Shown here in pieces: positions 54,935-64,000 of a stretch of DNA of 64,000 nt. The notes beneath the pieces are model-generated. The model did not search any database and had not been told where the DNA came from. It saw nothing but the letters and a program-made list of their open reading frames with translations. Origin of the DNA: an uncultured Acidobacteriota bacterium (GTDB taxonomy: Bacteria > Acidobacteriota > Thermoanaerobaculia > UBA5066); the NCBI GenBank assembly GCA_903845115.1, contig CAIMWE010000025.1:26751-90750 (forward strand), given 5' to 3'. Numbering within the stretch: the stretch's first letter is position 1; every line of letters begins with the position of its first letter. A program made the translations under genes and the position numbers.

Positions 54935-56773
54935 GTGAGAGGTCCCCTCGCCCTCGTCCTGGTCCTCTCGGGCGTGCTCGCCGGCTGCAGGCGAACTGCG
55001 GCGGAAGGGGAAGGCTGCCTCGGCTGCCACCGGAACCTGGAACTCGCCTCCCGGGCGCACGATGGCTGCGTTTCGTGCCACGGGGGAGATCCCACCGCCA
55101 CCGAGAGAGTGGCGGCGCACCGTGGAATGTTCGGGACCAACGAGCCGTCGAGCCGCGACCGCTGGGAGCTGGGCTGCGGCACCTGCCATCGTGACCAGGT
55201 GGGCCGGATGACCAGCAGCCAGATGTTCACGAACGCCGGGATGATCGCGCAGATCCAGGCGACCTGGGAGGGCGAGCGACCAGGCGTCGTGTTCGGCGCC
55301 CGAGAAGACAACCTGTTTCGCCCCGACGGTTTCGGGATGGCGATGGCGTCCGTCTCGGGCCTCGACGACCTCTCCGGAGAGCTCTACCGGAAGTTCTGCT
55401 CCCGCTGTCACCTCGCCATGGCGGACGTCGACCCGGCCTCCGGTCACCCGGCCGGGTGCGCCGCCTGTCACTTCCCTTACGGCGAGGAGGCTACGTACCG
55501 TGGCGGGGACAAGGCCGTGAGGGGAAAGGGCCCCCACAGCGCCACCCACACTCTCCAGGGACTCCCTCCGATGGCGGCGTGCGAGCGGTGCCACAACCGG
55601 AGCGGACGGACGGCGCTGACCTATCAGGGGCTCATGGACGGGAACAACTCCCTCGTTCCCACCCGGGGAGGCCTTCCCGGGCCGGTCGCCGGGAGCGAGG
55701 AGCGGTCGTTCACCCACATCGCCGCCGACGTTCACTTCGAGGCGGGGATGGAGTGCATCGACTGCCACACCTCACGCGAGGTGATGGGAGACGGGTACGC
55801 CCAGGCCGGCATGGAAGGGCAGCTCGAGATCCGCTGCGAGGATTGCCACGGCGACGGCACCCGGCAGCCGCAATTCACCGAGGCGACACGGGAGAGCGAC
55901 GCTCCCGTCCGGGAGTCGCGACAGTACGCCCGGCCGATGCCGCCGGGAAGCCGCATGGCGCTGACGGGAAAGGGGCGCCCCTACACGAACGTATTCGAGA
56001 GCGGGGGCCGGGTGACGCTCGCGACGAAGCGGAACGGCAAGCTCCTGAGGAGCCCGGTCGTCACGGGGAGCCCGGCCCACACGATCGCCGGCCACGGGCG
56101 GCTGCGGTGCGCCGCCTGTCATTCCCGCGCCGTGCCACAGTGCTTCGGGTGCCACACCAGCTACGACAAGCGGGCCGCGAGCTGGGACGTGATCAGGGAC
56201 GAGGACACCCCGGGAGAGTTCGCCGAGACGGAGGACGTTCGTACCCTCTACCCGTTTCCGCTGGCCGTCGACGGCAGTGGCGGCATCTCGCCGATGACGC
56301 CCGGCTGCCAGACGTTCGTGACGGTGATCGAGGCGAACGGGCGACGCTCGAAGGACGAATCGGTGGCCCGTTACCGGGGCAGGCCGCAGCTCCGTTTCGC
56401 TCCGTTCTACTCCCACAACACCGGCCGCAAGGCCGTCGGGTGTGAGGAGTGCCACGGCGACCCGGCCTTTCTCGGGTTCGGCCAGCACGTCCTGGAGAAC
56501 GGCTCCGTCCGCAGCACGCTCCTGTGCGAACGAAATCCGAAGAAGGCGCTCGACGGGTTCCTGTCGATGGAAGGCGGCCGGGTCGTCTCACACGCCGCGA
56601 TCGCCCGGACCGGGGCGCGCCCCCTCGGGCACGAGGAGGTGCTCGGCGCCCTGGCGGTCAATCTCTGCCTCGTCTGCCACGAAAGGGCCGACGACCCCAT
56701 CTACCGAAAGAAGCTGGACCATGCCGCGCTGGACGACGCCCTGCATCGCCGCCTGCTGGCTGCTCGCCCGTAG
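54935..56773 (+). CDS. Dodecahaem c-type cytochrome lipoprotein
   Basis: Lipobox LSGVLAGC. Twelve CxxCH motifs (CLGCH, CVSCH, CGTCH, CSRCH, CAACH, CERCH, CIDCH, CEDCH, CAACH, CFGCH, CEECH, CLVCH). Confidence 0.7.
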   Translation: MRGPLALVLVLSGVLAGCRRTAAEGEGCLGCHRNLELASRAHDGCVSCHGGDPTATERVAAHRGMFGTNEPSSRDRWELGCGTCHRDQVGRMTSSQMFTNAGMIAQIQATWEGERPGVVFGAREDNLFRPDGFGMAMASVSGLDDLSGELYRKFCSRCHLAMADVDPASGHPAGCAACHFPYGEEATYRGGDKAVRGKGPHSATHTLQGLPPMAACERCHNRSGRTALTYQGLMDGNNSLVPTRGGLPGPVAGSEERSFTHIAADVHFEAGMECIDCHTSREVMGDGYAQAGMEGQLEIRCEDCHGDGTRQPQFTEATRESDAPVRESRQYARPMPPGSRMALTGKGRPYTNVFESGGRVTLATKRNGKLLRSPVVTGSPAHTIAGHGRLRCAACHSRAVPQCFGCHTSYDKRAASWDVIRDEDTPGEFAETEDVRTLYPFPLAVDGSGGISPMTPGCQTFVTVIEANGRRSKDESVARYRGRPQLRFAPFYSHNTGRKAVGCEECHGDPAFLGFGQHVLENGSVRSTLLCERNPKKALDGFLSMEGGRVVSHAAIARTGARPLGHEEVLGALAVNLCLVCHERADDPIYRKKLDHAALDDALHRRLLAARP

Positions 56774-57866
56774 CGCGATCGCGGGCCCCGCTCCGGCGGG
56801 GGCCGGCTCGGGCTCGGGGACCGCTTGCGTGCGGTGCCACGAGACCGCTCGAGGGGTGCTGTCCGGCCCCATGGCCACTCGCGAGGGCGAACGGCGGTTC
56901 GCCCTGCAGGCCTTCGGGGCCGGGGGGGACCGCTTCTTCGCCGAGTCGTGTGCCGGGTGCCACGTCACGGGCTGCGCGGACTGCCACGGGGACGACCCGC
57001 ACCGGGCCGGGCGTCCGGGGAACGAGGCGTGCCTTCGCTGCCATCGCGGCTACTCGGTCGGCTGGGAGTACGAGGGCCGGGCGCCCCGCGAGGACCACGC
57101 GCGCTACAGGCGCGGAGCGACGGACCACGGAGAGCCGTTCCTGAGGATGCTCCCGGACGTCCACTTCGAGCGCGGGATTGCCTGCGCAGGCTGCCACACG
57201 ATGAGTTCCCTGCAGGAGGGGAAGCGCGTCGGCAAGAGCTGCCGGGAATGCCATTCGCCGTCCGCGTCCAGCCCGGAACATGCCATCGCGGGGCACCTGG
57301 AGAAGATGACCTGCGCCGCCTGTCACGCCGCGTGGGCCGCCCAGGAGTATGGAACGTTCCTGGTACGGCCCGGGACCGAGGAGCAGAAGGAGGCGTTCTC
57401 GCCCCTTCCCGCGTGGGGGCCCTGGCGCAAGAGCGCCCACCTGAAGCGGCAGGACTCCCCTCCTCTCGGCCTTGACCAGAAGGGCCTCGTGTCGCCCGTT
57501 CGCCCCTTCTTCACGCTTCTGGCCACCGACCCGAAGGCCGGCTGGGAGAACCGCCTGCTGGCGGCGGAGTGGCGGGCTGTCTCGCCGCACACCATTCGCC
57601 GCGGAACGGTCGCTTGCGGTGGCTGCCACGACAACCGGCGGCGCTTCCTGCTCGAGAAGGACGCCGAGCGCCTCTACCGGCTCGAGAGGGACGGCCTGCC
57701 GCTCCGGTCATACTGGAGCCGCGATGGGCAGACCCTGGTCAACGGCTCGTTCTTTCCGGTCGAACGCTTCGACCGGATGAACGCGAGGACTCCCGAGTAC
57801 AAGCGCCGCGTCGTCAGCAGATGGCAGCACCTCCTCGATCTCGCCGCTCCGCGCTGGAAGCGATAG
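56721..57866 (+). CDS. Octahaem c-type cytochrome (secreted)
   Basis: ATG 56721 gives MPRWTTPCIAACWLLARSAIAG (signal peptide). Eight CxxCH motifs (CVRCH, CAGCH, CADCH, CLRCH, CAGCH, CRECH, CAACH, CGGCH). The 5' end overlaps the previous gene by about 50 nt. The start is uncertain. Confidence 0.55.
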   Translation: MPRWTTPCIAACWLLARSAIAGPAPAGAGSGSGTACVRCHETARGVLSGPMATREGERRFALQAFGAGGDRFFAESCAGCHVTGCADCHGDDPHRAGRPGNEACLRCHRGYSVGWEYEGRAPREDHARYRRGATDHGEPFLRMLPDVHFERGIACAGCHTMSSLQEGKRVGKSCRECHSPSASSPEHAIAGHLEKMTCAACHAAWAAQEYGTFLVRPGTEEQKEAFSPLPAWGPWRKSAHLKRQDSPPLGLDQKGLVSPVRPFFTLLATDPKAGWENRLLAAEWRAVSPHTIRRGTVACGGCHDNRRRFLLEKDAERLYRLERDGLPLRSYWSRDGQTLVNGSFFPVERFDRMNARTPEYKRRVVSRWQHLLDLAAPRWKR

Positions 57867-58300
57867 GCCTTTTCGCCCTCGGGGCGACGGGTCTCTGGCG
57901 CTTCCTCACCCCGCGCCAGGGGGTGGGGAAGGGTCTCGGCTCGGAGGGTGTCCGGCTCACCGAGGAGGAAATCCCAGCGGACGGCGCCCTGGTCCTTCCC
58001 CAGTTCGGCTTCGCCGTGGTCCGCGAGGGGACGGAGCTGATCGCGCTCGACCTCGCCTGCACGCACCTCGGCTGTACCGTGACGGCCAACGAGAGCGGTT
58101 TCGCCTGCCCGTGCCACGGCAGCCGGTTCAGCAGCTCGGGAGCGGTGCTCTCCGGCCCCGCGGCGCGTCCCCTTCGCCGGCTGGCCATCGAGCGGGAGGG
58201 AGACGGCCTGCGCGTGGCGCGGGGCCCGGAGTCCAGCGGCAAGGGCCCTTGCGCGGGGTGCGCGCCGCCGTCTCCGGGCGGCGTCCCGGGCCCAGCGTGA
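57821..58300 (+). CDS. Rieske [2Fe-2S] iron-sulfur subunit
   Basis: Box I CTHLGC and box II CPCHGS. An RR-containing N-terminus with a TM helix (RRSALEAIGLFALGATGLW). Confidence 0.75.
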   Translation: MAAPPRSRRSALEAIGLFALGATGLWRFLTPRQGVGKGLGSEGVRLTEEEIPADGALVLPQFGFAVVREGTELIALDLACTHLGCTVTANESGFACPCHGSRFSSSGAVLSGPAARPLRRLAIEREGDGLRVARGPESSGKGPCAGCAPPSPGGVPGPA

Positions 58301-58304
58301 ATGC

Positions 58305-58925
58305 ATGCTGAAGGATCTGACGAGGCACCTCTTCCCGCGGCTGGTCCTGAAGGAGAACCTCCGGATCAGCTACACCCTATGCCTCGGAGGCCTCGCCTTC
58401 ACTTGCTTGCTGGTACTGGCGGGAACCGGACTCCTCCTTCTCTTCTACTACAGCCCGTCACCGCTCGAGGCCCACGCCTCGATCCAGTTCCTCGAACGGG
58501 CGGTCTGGGGCGGCCGGTACCTCAGAAGCCTGCATCGCCTCGCCTCGCACGGTCTGCTGATCCTGGTCGGGTTGCATACGGTCCGGGTGGTCCTGACCGG
58601 GGCCTTCCAGCGCCCCGCGAGGCTCAACTGGTTGGTCGGCTGTTTCTTGCTCTTCCTCTCGGTCTTCGGGGCCTACACCGGGTACCTCCTGCCGATGGAC
58701 CAGCTCGCCTACTGGTCCACCCAGACGGGGATGGAGCTGCTTCGGACGCTCCCGCTCGGGGACGCGGCGCGGTCGCTCCTGGTCCCGGACGGGGTGGCCG
58801 GTCCGCTCTCCCTCCTCCGGTTCTTCGCGCTTCACGTCGCGATCGTCCCCCTCGCTCTCCTGGGCCTCGCGATGCTCCACTTCTTCGTCATCCGGCGGCA
58901 GAAGGGGCTCCTGCCATACCTGTGA
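58305..58925 (+). CDS. Cytochrome b (b6-like N-terminal half of a split cytochrome b)
   Basis: Conserved haem-ligand His in ...YLRSLHRLASHGLLILVGLHTVRV... and ...FFALHVAIVPL. About 206 aa, with PetB-like topology. Confidence 0.8.
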   Translation: MLKDLTRHLFPRLVLKENLRISYTLCLGGLAFTCLLVLAGTGLLLLFYYSPSPLEAHASIQFLERAVWGGRYLRSLHRLASHGLLILVGLHTVRVVLTGAFQRPARLNWLVGCFLLFLSVFGAYTGYLLPMDQLAYWSTQTGMELLRTLPLGDAARSLLVPDGVAGPLSLLRFFALHVAIVPLALLGLAMLHFFVIRRQKGLLPYL

Positions 58926-59332
58926 GCCGCTACGTTTCGACCTCCCCGCACTTCTTCCGGCCCGTGAGGCGCGCCTTCTGGGCCGGCCTTGCAGTCCTGT
59001 TGGTGATGGCGGCGCTGATCCCCGCGCCGCTCGAGATCGCCGCGGACCCGGCGCACCCGCCGAACCCGGCGAAGTCGGCCTGGTTCCTGCTCTGGATCCA
59101 GGAGCTGGTGAGCTACGACACGCTGGCCCTCTACTTCGCTCTCGCCCTCGCCGGCCTGCTGGTTTTCCTGCCCTGGCTCCCCCTGAGGACGGCGGAAAGC
59201 GCTGCATGGTTCCAGCGAGGCCACCGGCCGCTCGGCGTGTTCGTTCTCCTCGTCTGCCTCGGCCTCCTCGCCTTGACCGTGACAGGCCTCTTCTTCCGGG
59301 GGATTGATTGGCGCCTCGTCTCGCCCTTCTGA
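58922..59332 (+). CDS. Cytochrome b C-terminal half / subunit IV-like (PetD-like)
   Basis: GTG 58922 overlaps the upstream TGA (GTGA). Three TM helices with the PEW-like region ...AWFLLWIQELVSYDT... Confidence 0.65.
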   Translation: MSRYVSTSPHFFRPVRRAFWAGLAVLLVMAALIPAPLEIAADPAHPPNPAKSAWFLLWIQELVSYDTLALYFALALAGLLVFLPWLPLRTAESAAWFQRGHRPLGVFVLLVCLGLLALTVTGLFFRGIDWRLVSPF

Positions 59333-60156
59333 TCGCGGTGCCTCTGGTACTCGCGGGGGGCTGCGTTCGGTCCCCCGCTGCGGGGCACGCCGCGAACGGC
59401 TGCCTGGCCTGCCACGTGCCCCGGCATCCCGCCCGGGGATCCTGCGCATCCTGTCACCGCGGCGACCCGGCCTCCGAGCGCAAGGAGCTGGCCCACCACC
59501 GCCTGCTCACGGGGAGGGCCGCGGAGCATCGTTCACCCGATTCCCAGGCCGTGGAGGAAGGGCGGAAGAACGTCGAACGCCTCGCCTGCCGGAGGTGCCA
59601 CACCATCGACGGCACCGGCAACCGCCTCGCCACCGACCTCGACCGTGTCGCCTGGATGCGGGACCAGGCCGGCCTCGTCTGGTCGATCGGCGATCCGGTC
59701 GTGAACATGCCCAGGTTCGGCCTGGACGGGCGCAAGACGGAGGCGATGGTGGCCTACCTCCTGCACTCCGCCGCCCGGGAGTCCTCGGTGGCTACCTACC
59801 GGATCAGATTCTCGAAACGCGGAGCCGTCAGAGGCACCGCTTTCGAGGTGAATTGCGGCGGCTGTCACCGGTCGATCACCGGCGCGGGTCCGTCAGGAAG
59901 AGGATCGTCCGGCCCGAATCTCTCGGGGCTCTTCACCCCCTTCTATCCGGCCGGCGCGCCCGGCCACCCTCCCTGGAACGCCTCGAGCCTGGAGCGCTGG
60001 CTGAAGAACCCTCGCACGCTTCGGCCCAGCACCACCATGCGCCCCGTCCCTCTCGACGCCGACGCCTTCGAGCGCGTCGTCGGGGAGATCGGGGGAACCT
60101 CGATCTCGGCGGGGCTGCCGGAGCCGGGGGATGGAAAACCGCGCGGTAACATGTGA
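59308..60156 (+). CDS. Tetrahaem c-type cytochrome lipoprotein
   Basis: TTG start. Lipobox VLAGGC. CLACH, CASCH, CRRCH and CGGCH motifs. Confidence 0.6.
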   Translation: MAPRLALLIAVPLVLAGGCVRSPAAGHAANGCLACHVPRHPARGSCASCHRGDPASERKELAHHRLLTGRAAEHRSPDSQAVEEGRKNVERLACRRCHTIDGTGNRLATDLDRVAWMRDQAGLVWSIGDPVVNMPRFGLDGRKTEAMVAYLLHSAARESSVATYRIRFSKRGAVRGTAFEVNCGGCHRSITGAGPSGRGSSGPNLSGLFTPFYPAGAPGHPPWNASSLERWLKNPRTLRPSTTMRPVPLDADAFERVVGEIGGTSISAGLPEPGDGKPRGNM

Positions 60157-60533
60157 CGGTGGTCCCGTTCTCACAGCCGTTTCCCGGCTTCTCGGCGCTC
60201 GCGGGCCGCTCGCGCCCCACCGTGGGACTTGGGCTGGCGATAGGCTTGGCGGCCGTCGGCCTCGTGGTCGTCGCGATCGACTTGACTCGGCCCTCCCCTT
60301 CCCGTGCCGAGGCCGAGAGCCTCACCCGGACCCTCGGCCTGACGGACCTGGCGCTGGTCACCGAAGCCCGCTATCTGCGCCACGTCAGCCTAGCGGACCT
60401 CCATTCGGCTTTTCAGGACCATCCGGTCGCCCTGGAGCACTTTCCGGCCGGGGCGCTGATCGCGCCGCCGGCACACCTCCGTCCCGCGCCGGCCCAGCCT
60501 CCGCAAACCGTGGACCATGCGCGCCTGGATTAA
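60153..60533 (+). CDS. Hypothetical single-TM protein
   Basis: One hydrophobic helix (VGLGLAIGLAAVGLVVVAIDL). No recognisable domain. It directly precedes the ABC permease. Confidence 0.3.
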   Translation: MTVVPFSQPFPGFSALAGRSRPTVGLGLAIGLAAVGLVVVAIDLTRPSPSRAEAESLTRTLGLTDLALVTEARYLRHVSLADLHSAFQDHPVALEHFPAGALIAPPAHLRPAPAQPPQTVDHARLD

Positions 60534-61659
60534 CCGCCAGTCGCTGCTGATCGACTACACGCTGTCCTCGCTCGGCCGCCACGGTGGACGGAACCTCGGG
60601 CTGTTTGCCGTCTATGCCGGCATCGTCTTCGTTCTCGCCTCCACGATGCTCTTCACTCATGCCATTCGCCGGGAGGCGAAGGCGCTCCTGGCGCACAGCC
60701 CGGAGGTGCTCTTGCTGAAGCTGAAGGCTGGCCGGCACGCGTACCTGACTCGGGCGGACCTCGACGGCCTCGGCCGGCTCCGCGGGGTGAGCAAGGTCGA
60801 GGGCCGGCGCTGGGGGTATTTCTTCGACTCGCTCGCCGGGGCCAACTACACGTTGATGGCCCCGTCCGCCGGGTCCCCGGACCGCGGCCGCATCGACGTG
60901 GGCGACGGCGTCGCCCGCACCCGTGGACTTGCAGCGGGCGATACGCTTTCGCTGCGCAGCGCGGCGGGCGGGCTCCACGCGTTCACGGTCGGCCGGGTCT
61001 TCTCGGCCGAGAGCAGCCTCATCGCCGCCGACCTGGTCCTGATGAACCCCTCCGACTGGGAGGCGTTCTTCCAGCTCCCCGACGACGTTTTCACCGACGC
61101 TGCCCTGAGCGTCGTCAACCCGCTCGAGGTGAAGAACGTCGCACGCAAGATCAGCGACCGCCTTCCCGAGGCCCGGGTGATCCTGCGCGAGGAAGTGCTG
61201 CGGACCTACGATTCTCTGTTCGACTGGCGCGAGGGGGTGCTGCTCGCCCTCGCCAGCATGGCGGCAGCGGCATTCGGGATCCTCGCCTGGAGCAAGGCCT
61301 CGGGCCTCTCCGCGGACGAGCGGCGGGAGATCGGGATCCTGAAAGCCATCGGCTGGGACACCCGTGACGTCTTGACGATGAAGCTCTGGGAGGGGGCTCT
61401 GATCTCGGGCGGCGCTTTCGCGGTCGGGTTCCTGGTCGCCTGGGCGCACGTCTTCCATTTCGAAGCGGCCCTGATCGCACCGGTGCTGAAGGGCTGGTCG
61501 GTGCTCTACCCCCGGTTCATCCTGACTCCGTCCATCGATGCGGCGTCGCTCCTGACGCTCGGGCTCCTCACGATCCTCCCGTACACGCTCGCGACCCTCG
61601 TCCCCGCCTGGCGAGCCGCAGCCACCGACCCGGACCAGGTGATGCGGGGGACGGAGTGA
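60517..61659 (+). CDS. ABC transporter permease, FtsX/MacB-LolE family
   Basis: N-terminal TM, a ~200-aa periplasmic domain, and three C-terminal TM helices with the FtsX signature (REIGILKAIGWDTRDV). Confidence 0.8.
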   Translation: MRAWINRQSLLIDYTLSSLGRHGGRNLGLFAVYAGIVFVLASTMLFTHAIRREAKALLAHSPEVLLLKLKAGRHAYLTRADLDGLGRLRGVSKVEGRRWGYFFDSLAGANYTLMAPSAGSPDRGRIDVGDGVARTRGLAAGDTLSLRSAAGGLHAFTVGRVFSAESSLIAADLVLMNPSDWEAFFQLPDDVFTDAALSVVNPLEVKNVARKISDRLPEARVILREEVLRTYDSLFDWREGVLLALASMAAAAFGILAWSKASGLSADERREIGILKAIGWDTRDVLTMKLWEGALISGGAFAVGFLVAWAHVFHFEAALIAPVLKGWSVLYPRFILTPSIDAASLLTLGLLTILPYTLATLVPAWRAAATDPDQVMRGTE

Positions 61660-62336
61660 GCGCGATGATCGAGCTGGCCGGCGTCACCAAGGTGTTCCAC
61701 GAGGGGCGCCACAACGCCCTCGTGGCCCTCGACGGGATCGACCTGACGATCCCGGAGGGGCGCATCACGGTGCTCCAGGGCCCGTCCGGATCAGGCAAGA
61801 CGACGCTTCTCACGGTCATCGCCTGCCTCTCCCGGCCGACCGCCGGGCGGGTCCGCGTGGCGGGCGAGGTGGTCTCGAACCTGCCGGAGGCGTTCCTGGC
61901 CGACGTCCGGCGGCGCACCTTCGGCGTGGTCTTCCAGCAATTCCACCTCGTCGCCGGGCTCTCCGCCCGGACCAACGTGATGCTGCCGGCCTACCCGACG
62001 GGCCGGTCCCACGCCGACATCGCCGGCCGGGCCGGCGGGCTGCTGGACCGGCTCGGCCTCGCCCGTCTCGCGGAAGAACGGGTCGAAGGTCTCTCCGGGG
62101 GAGAGCAGCAGAGGGTGGCCATCGCCCGCGCGCTGATCAACGACCCGCGGGTCGTCGTTGCGGACGAGCCGACCGCCAACCTCGACTCGGCGCTCTCGGC
62201 GGACTTCCTCGGAATCCTCGCGGGGCTGCGCGACGAGGGCCGGACCGTGATCATGTCGAGCCACGACCCCCGGGTCTGCCAGGCGTCGGTGGTGGATCGG
62301 GTCGTCCACCTGCTCGATGGGAAGCTGGCGGCGTGA
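61656..62336 (+). CDS. ABC transporter ATP-binding protein (LolD/MacB-type)
   Basis: Walker A GPSGSGKTT, Q-loop, ABC signature LSGGEQQRVAIARAL, Walker B VVVADEPT, and H-loop. Confidence 0.9.
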   Translation: MSAMIELAGVTKVFHEGRHNALVALDGIDLTIPEGRITVLQGPSGSGKTTLLTVIACLSRPTAGRVRVAGEVVSNLPEAFLADVRRRTFGVVFQQFHLVAGLSARTNVMLPAYPTGRSHADIAGRAGGLLDRLGLARLAEERVEGLSGGEQQRVAIARALINDPRVVVADEPTANLDSALSADFLGILAGLRDEGRTVIMSSHDPRVCQASVVDRVVHLLDGKLAA

Positions 62337-63346
62337 TCTTCCAGAAGTCGATCCTCGCCCTCCTCCTCGCCTCCTCCGCCGCCATGCTGGGCGCCCTGGC
62401 CGCCGGACCGTACGCCCTGGCAGTCTGGCGCCACTGGGACCTCGAGTCGGGGAGCGCCCGCCAGGTACGGCTGGAGAGGCGAGCGTCGCTGGTTTCGACG
62501 GGCATGGCTCTGCTGCTGGCGGTGCAGTCACTGACGCTGCTCCTGTTCGTCTTCAATGCCGACCGGATGGCGAGCCAGTTCGTCGGTGCGATGTGCGCGG
62601 TGGGGACCTTGCAGGTCGACAGCTTCGGCTTTCCGGCCCTCCTGGCCCAGATCGCGGCATTTCTGGGAAGCAGCGTCTGGCTGACGATGAACGCCGTGGA
62701 CGGCGGGTGCCGGGACTACCCCCTCACCCGGGCCAAGAGCGCTCTCCTCCTCGCGCTCATCCCGGTCCTGGCGCTCTCCTTCGGCCTCGAGCTCGCCTAC
62801 TTCCTGGGCCTGAAGGCCGACGTGATCACCTCGTGTTGCGGCGGCCTCTTCGGGGACCAGGCTCCGGGGGTCAGCGGCGACCTGGCCGCCTGGCCGCCAG
62901 GGCCGGCAATGGCGGCCATGTTCGCCGCCCTGTCGGCCGCAGCTCTCGTCGCGGCCCGGGTGGCCTGGCGCGGGCGAGGCGGTCTCGCTTTGGGGATCTC
63001 GGGAATCCTCGCCTTCGCGATGTCGCTGGCCGGCGTCGTCGCCTTCCTCTCGCTTTACGTCTACGAGGATCCCCGTCACCACTGCCCGTTCTGCCTGCTG
63101 AAGCCAGACTACGGCTACCGGGGATACGCGTTCTACGTCCCTCTCTTCGCGGCCACGGCCGCTTCGCTCGGCGCGGTGGCCCTCGCGCCCTACGTGGGAC
63201 GGAAGCTGGACCCGGCGCTGGCCGGCCGGGCCCGCGGGGCTTCCCGTGTGCTGGCGAGCGTAGCTCTCGCCGGCTTCCTCCTGATCATCGTCCTGATGGC
63301 GTGGCAGATCGCGTCGTCGGGCCTGACGCTCCTCCAGCATGACTAG
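62333..63346 (+). CDS. Polytopic membrane protein with conserved Cys pairs (CPFC, SCCGG); function unknown
   Basis: About 8 hydrophobic helices. HHCPFC and TSCCGG motifs lie in loops. It overlaps its neighbours by 4 nt on both sides. Confidence 0.45.
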   Translation: MIFQKSILALLLASSAAMLGALAAGPYALAVWRHWDLESGSARQVRLERRASLVSTGMALLLAVQSLTLLLFVFNADRMASQFVGAMCAVGTLQVDSFGFPALLAQIAAFLGSSVWLTMNAVDGGCRDYPLTRAKSALLLALIPVLALSFGLELAYFLGLKADVITSCCGGLFGDQAPGVSGDLAAWPPGPAMAAMFAALSAAALVAARVAWRGRGGLALGISGILAFAMSLAGVVAFLSLYVYEDPRHHCPFCLLKPDYGYRGYAFYVPLFAATAASLGAVALAPYVGRKLDPALAGRARGASRVLASVALAGFLLIIVLMAWQIASSGLTLLQHD

Positions 63347-63851
63347 GCGAGCTGTCCTCCCCCTGGCGCTGCTTCTCAGCCTGTCGGGCTTCGGAGGCAC
63401 GAAGGAGCCGGTCATGGCGGGAGACGCGGCGCCCCCGTTTGCGCTGCCGACGCTCGCCGGCCGAACGCCCCGGTTCCCCAAGGACTTCGCCGGTCGCGCC
63501 GTCGTGCTCCGCTTCTGGGCAGGCTGGTGCCGGTTCTGCGAGCAGGAGATGAAAGAGATCGACCCGGTGGCGGCCCGCCTCGCCACGGAGGGCGTCTCGG
63601 TGCTCGCGGTGAACGTCGGGCAGGATCGGGCGGCGGTCCAGGCGTTCGTCGACCGCGTGGCGTTCCGCTATCCGGCCCTTCTCGACGAGGCGGCGACTAC
63701 GGCCAGGGCCTACGGCGTCAAGGGGCTGCCGACGACCTTCTTCATCCTGCCGAACGGACGGGTCCGGACCCGGCTCATCGGAGAGGCGGATGCGGCCACC
63801 TTCGAGCGGCTGGCCCGGGGGCTGATCCCGGCCTCCGGAGGCCCCCGATGA
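63339..63851 (+). CDS. TlpA/ResA-like periplasmic thiol-disulfide oxidoreductase
   Basis: Signal peptide, thioredoxin fold, and active site WCRFC (CxxC). Confidence 0.8.
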   Translation: MTRRAVLPLALLLSLSGFGGTKEPVMAGDAAPPFALPTLAGRTPRFPKDFAGRAVVLRFWAGWCRFCEQEMKEIDPVAARLATEGVSVLAVNVGQDRAAVQAFVDRVAFRYPALLDEAATTARAYGVKGLPTTFFILPNGRVRTRLIGEADAATFERLARGLIPASGGPR

Positions 63852-64000
63852 CCCTCTGGCTCGCGGCGCTGGCGGGCCTCCTCGGGAGCGGCCACTGCGT
63901 CGGCATGTGCGGCGCGCTCGTCTCGAGTTGCTTCCTGAGGCTGGGCCCGGGGGCTCGGCGGCCCGCCGCCCACGCCGCGTACCACGCCGCGCGGCTGGGG
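63848..64000 (+). CDS. Partial CDS (runs off the window): membrane protein with a GSGHCVGMCG motif (DsbD_2/UreH-like transmembrane family)
   Basis: MTLWLAALAGLLGSGHCVGMCGALV... Only 51 codons are visible. Confidence 0.35.
   Translation, partial: MTLWLAALAGLLGSGHCVGMCGALVSSCFLRLGPGARRPAAHAAYHAARLG

Overview
This is a 64 kb, roughly 70% GC bacterial chromosomal window. It is gene-dense and dominated by anaerobic respiratory and sulfur-metabolism modules. The six-frame track is heavily polluted by long alternate-frame ORFs typical of high GC, and I reject most of them. There are no rRNA or tRNA genes, no CRISPR array and no transposase or integrase. The supported content is listed here from left to right.

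Reading left to right:
- Housekeeping genes: pfk, an AlaX-like tRNA-editing protein, two tandem FecR/DUF6600 secreted paralogs, sppA and fdhD.
- Two decayed genes: a Ser/Thr-kinase-propeller remnant and an MFS transporter with an in-frame TAG.
- The most interesting locus, at about 15.7-23.3 kb on the minus strand, is a class I lanthipeptide gene cluster. It has a full-length LanB dehydratase, a LanC cyclase and four LanA-like precursor genes with an 'LxLxKx5L' leader and GG cleavage motif. Two -24/-12 sigma54-type promoters sit upstream of precursors, and a sensor-less sigma54 enhancer-binding protein lies directly upstream. The last precursor is translationally coupled (ATGA overlap) to a NapH/MauN-type membrane polyferredoxin.
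- A selenocysteine-containing formate dehydrogenase-N operon (fdnG with in-frame TGA and SECIS, fdnH, fdnI, fdhE).
- A DUF2339 membrane protein, a CDF transporter, and a dodecin gene oriented divergently from a selW-tpx pair. The SelW-like selenoprotein gene (CxxU, TGA plus SECIS) is missed by the ORF track.
- Two sulfur clusters flanking a PAS-sigma54 activator. One is psrABC-like plus a split YeeE/YedE plus a FadL-type OMP. The other is an octaheme c (OTR family) plus a cytochrome b plus a split YeeE/YedE. Both YeeE 'large halves' are fused to a Cys-less rhodanese-like domain and end in -GGC.
- A periplasmic rhodanese, a second phsABC-like reductase, and a Rieske/cytochrome b complex with three multihaem cytochromes (12, 8 and 4 haems).
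- An FtsX-type ABC pair and a TlpA/DsbD_2 thiol-disulfide cluster.
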